Source: Azolla caroliniana (Eukaryota > Plantae > Polypodiophyta). From it: DNA of 64,000 nucleotides. The DNA lies in assembly GCA_043228905.1 (NCBI GenBank), contig JBHGNT010000007.1:6386001-6450000 (forward strand), in the 5' to 3' direction. The notes under the pieces were generated by a model. That model had not been told where the DNA came from, ran no database searches, and worked only from the letters and a program-made list of their open reading frames with translations. Below, one piece after another: positions 63,244 to 64,000 of the stretch (positions are counted from its first letter, which is position 1; each line of letters begins with the position of its first letter). A program made the position numbers and the translations under genes.

Positions 63244-64000
63244 AGGTAAGGAACAAGCAGGGGCTGCCCGCCATGGCAGAAGAAGGAGGAGGAGAACGAG
63301 AGCAAAGAATTCCTGGTATATATACATATACACTAGTGACTGTATATACACCTAATGTGGTTCAGAATTTACCGAAATACCCCTGAGTTTCCAAAATACT
63401 ACCATCACTACCCCTGGAGGGGGGGGGGGGGGTGTGTGTTAAGTAAGTGGAGTGTACCAAATGTGGCGGCGTAGTTCTTCCTAAACTTAATGATCTTCAT
63501 CAAAACATTCCTAAACCTAACTTAAAACAAGGCAGTGAAAAAAAAACCCTTTGCATTCTCCAGATTTAGATGTTCACAAGAGTGTACTTTTTTTTCCGCC
63601 TTCATGCAATGGCACGTGATTATGCGAGCTTTTTTTAAACTTCCAACCTAGGAAGGGTCAAAGTTTCAACCACCAATTTAGTCAATAGAGGCACTTGTGC
63701 CTTTCAAACAAACCACCCATGTTTTTAATATGCTCATTTTAGGGTTTAGGGTTGCATCAAAGACATTAGATGATATTGTATACCCATTACAAACACACAT
63801 TCTAGACATATATAACATGCTCAAATTGATGTATTAGAAGATATCATTCCTTTCCAATATCATATAGGTATGTTCATCAACAATACAAAGGAAGTAGATA
63901 CAAACAGTAGGTCATTATGTAGATCAAGCTATGGTTTCACCAAATCAATAAATAAAATCTTCTCATTAATGCAAAGAAAGTATACAATGAAGTAGTGTCT

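Overview
Eukaryotic land-plant nuclear DNA. It is AT-rich, intron-containing and microsatellite-rich, and the PLS-class PPR style and LINE types look fern-like, although that is an inference. Seven host genes are supported: the 3' end of an RMR-type RING-H2 vacuolar sorting receptor, V-ATPase subunit c, a TMEM41/VTT-domain membrane protein with a 14.4-kb first intron, an LHC-like SEP4-type protein, a cytochrome b5-like protein, a WEB-family coiled-coil protein and a PLS-E PPR protein. Mobile elements are an intact, very young chromodomain Ty3/Gypsy element (10978-18027), a young GC/CCGG-rich Copia nested in an older Copia inside the TMEM41 intron, two solo LTRs, two hAT-type MITEs, tRNA-derived SINE-like pieces and many LINE relics. 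The most unusual observations are: (i) a regularly spaced hairpin repeat-spacer array and a dense stem-loop domain in the 1.6-kb Gypsy leader; (ii) TG..TA LTR termini on that element; (iii) a 235-bp flanking duplication around the outer Copia instead of a 5-bp TSD; (iv) a duplicated, still-open alternative last exon of the TMEM41 gene; (v) an in-frame duplicated N-terminus of the PPR gene separated by one stop codon. All coordinates, splice sites and identities were read by eye, and no searches were run.
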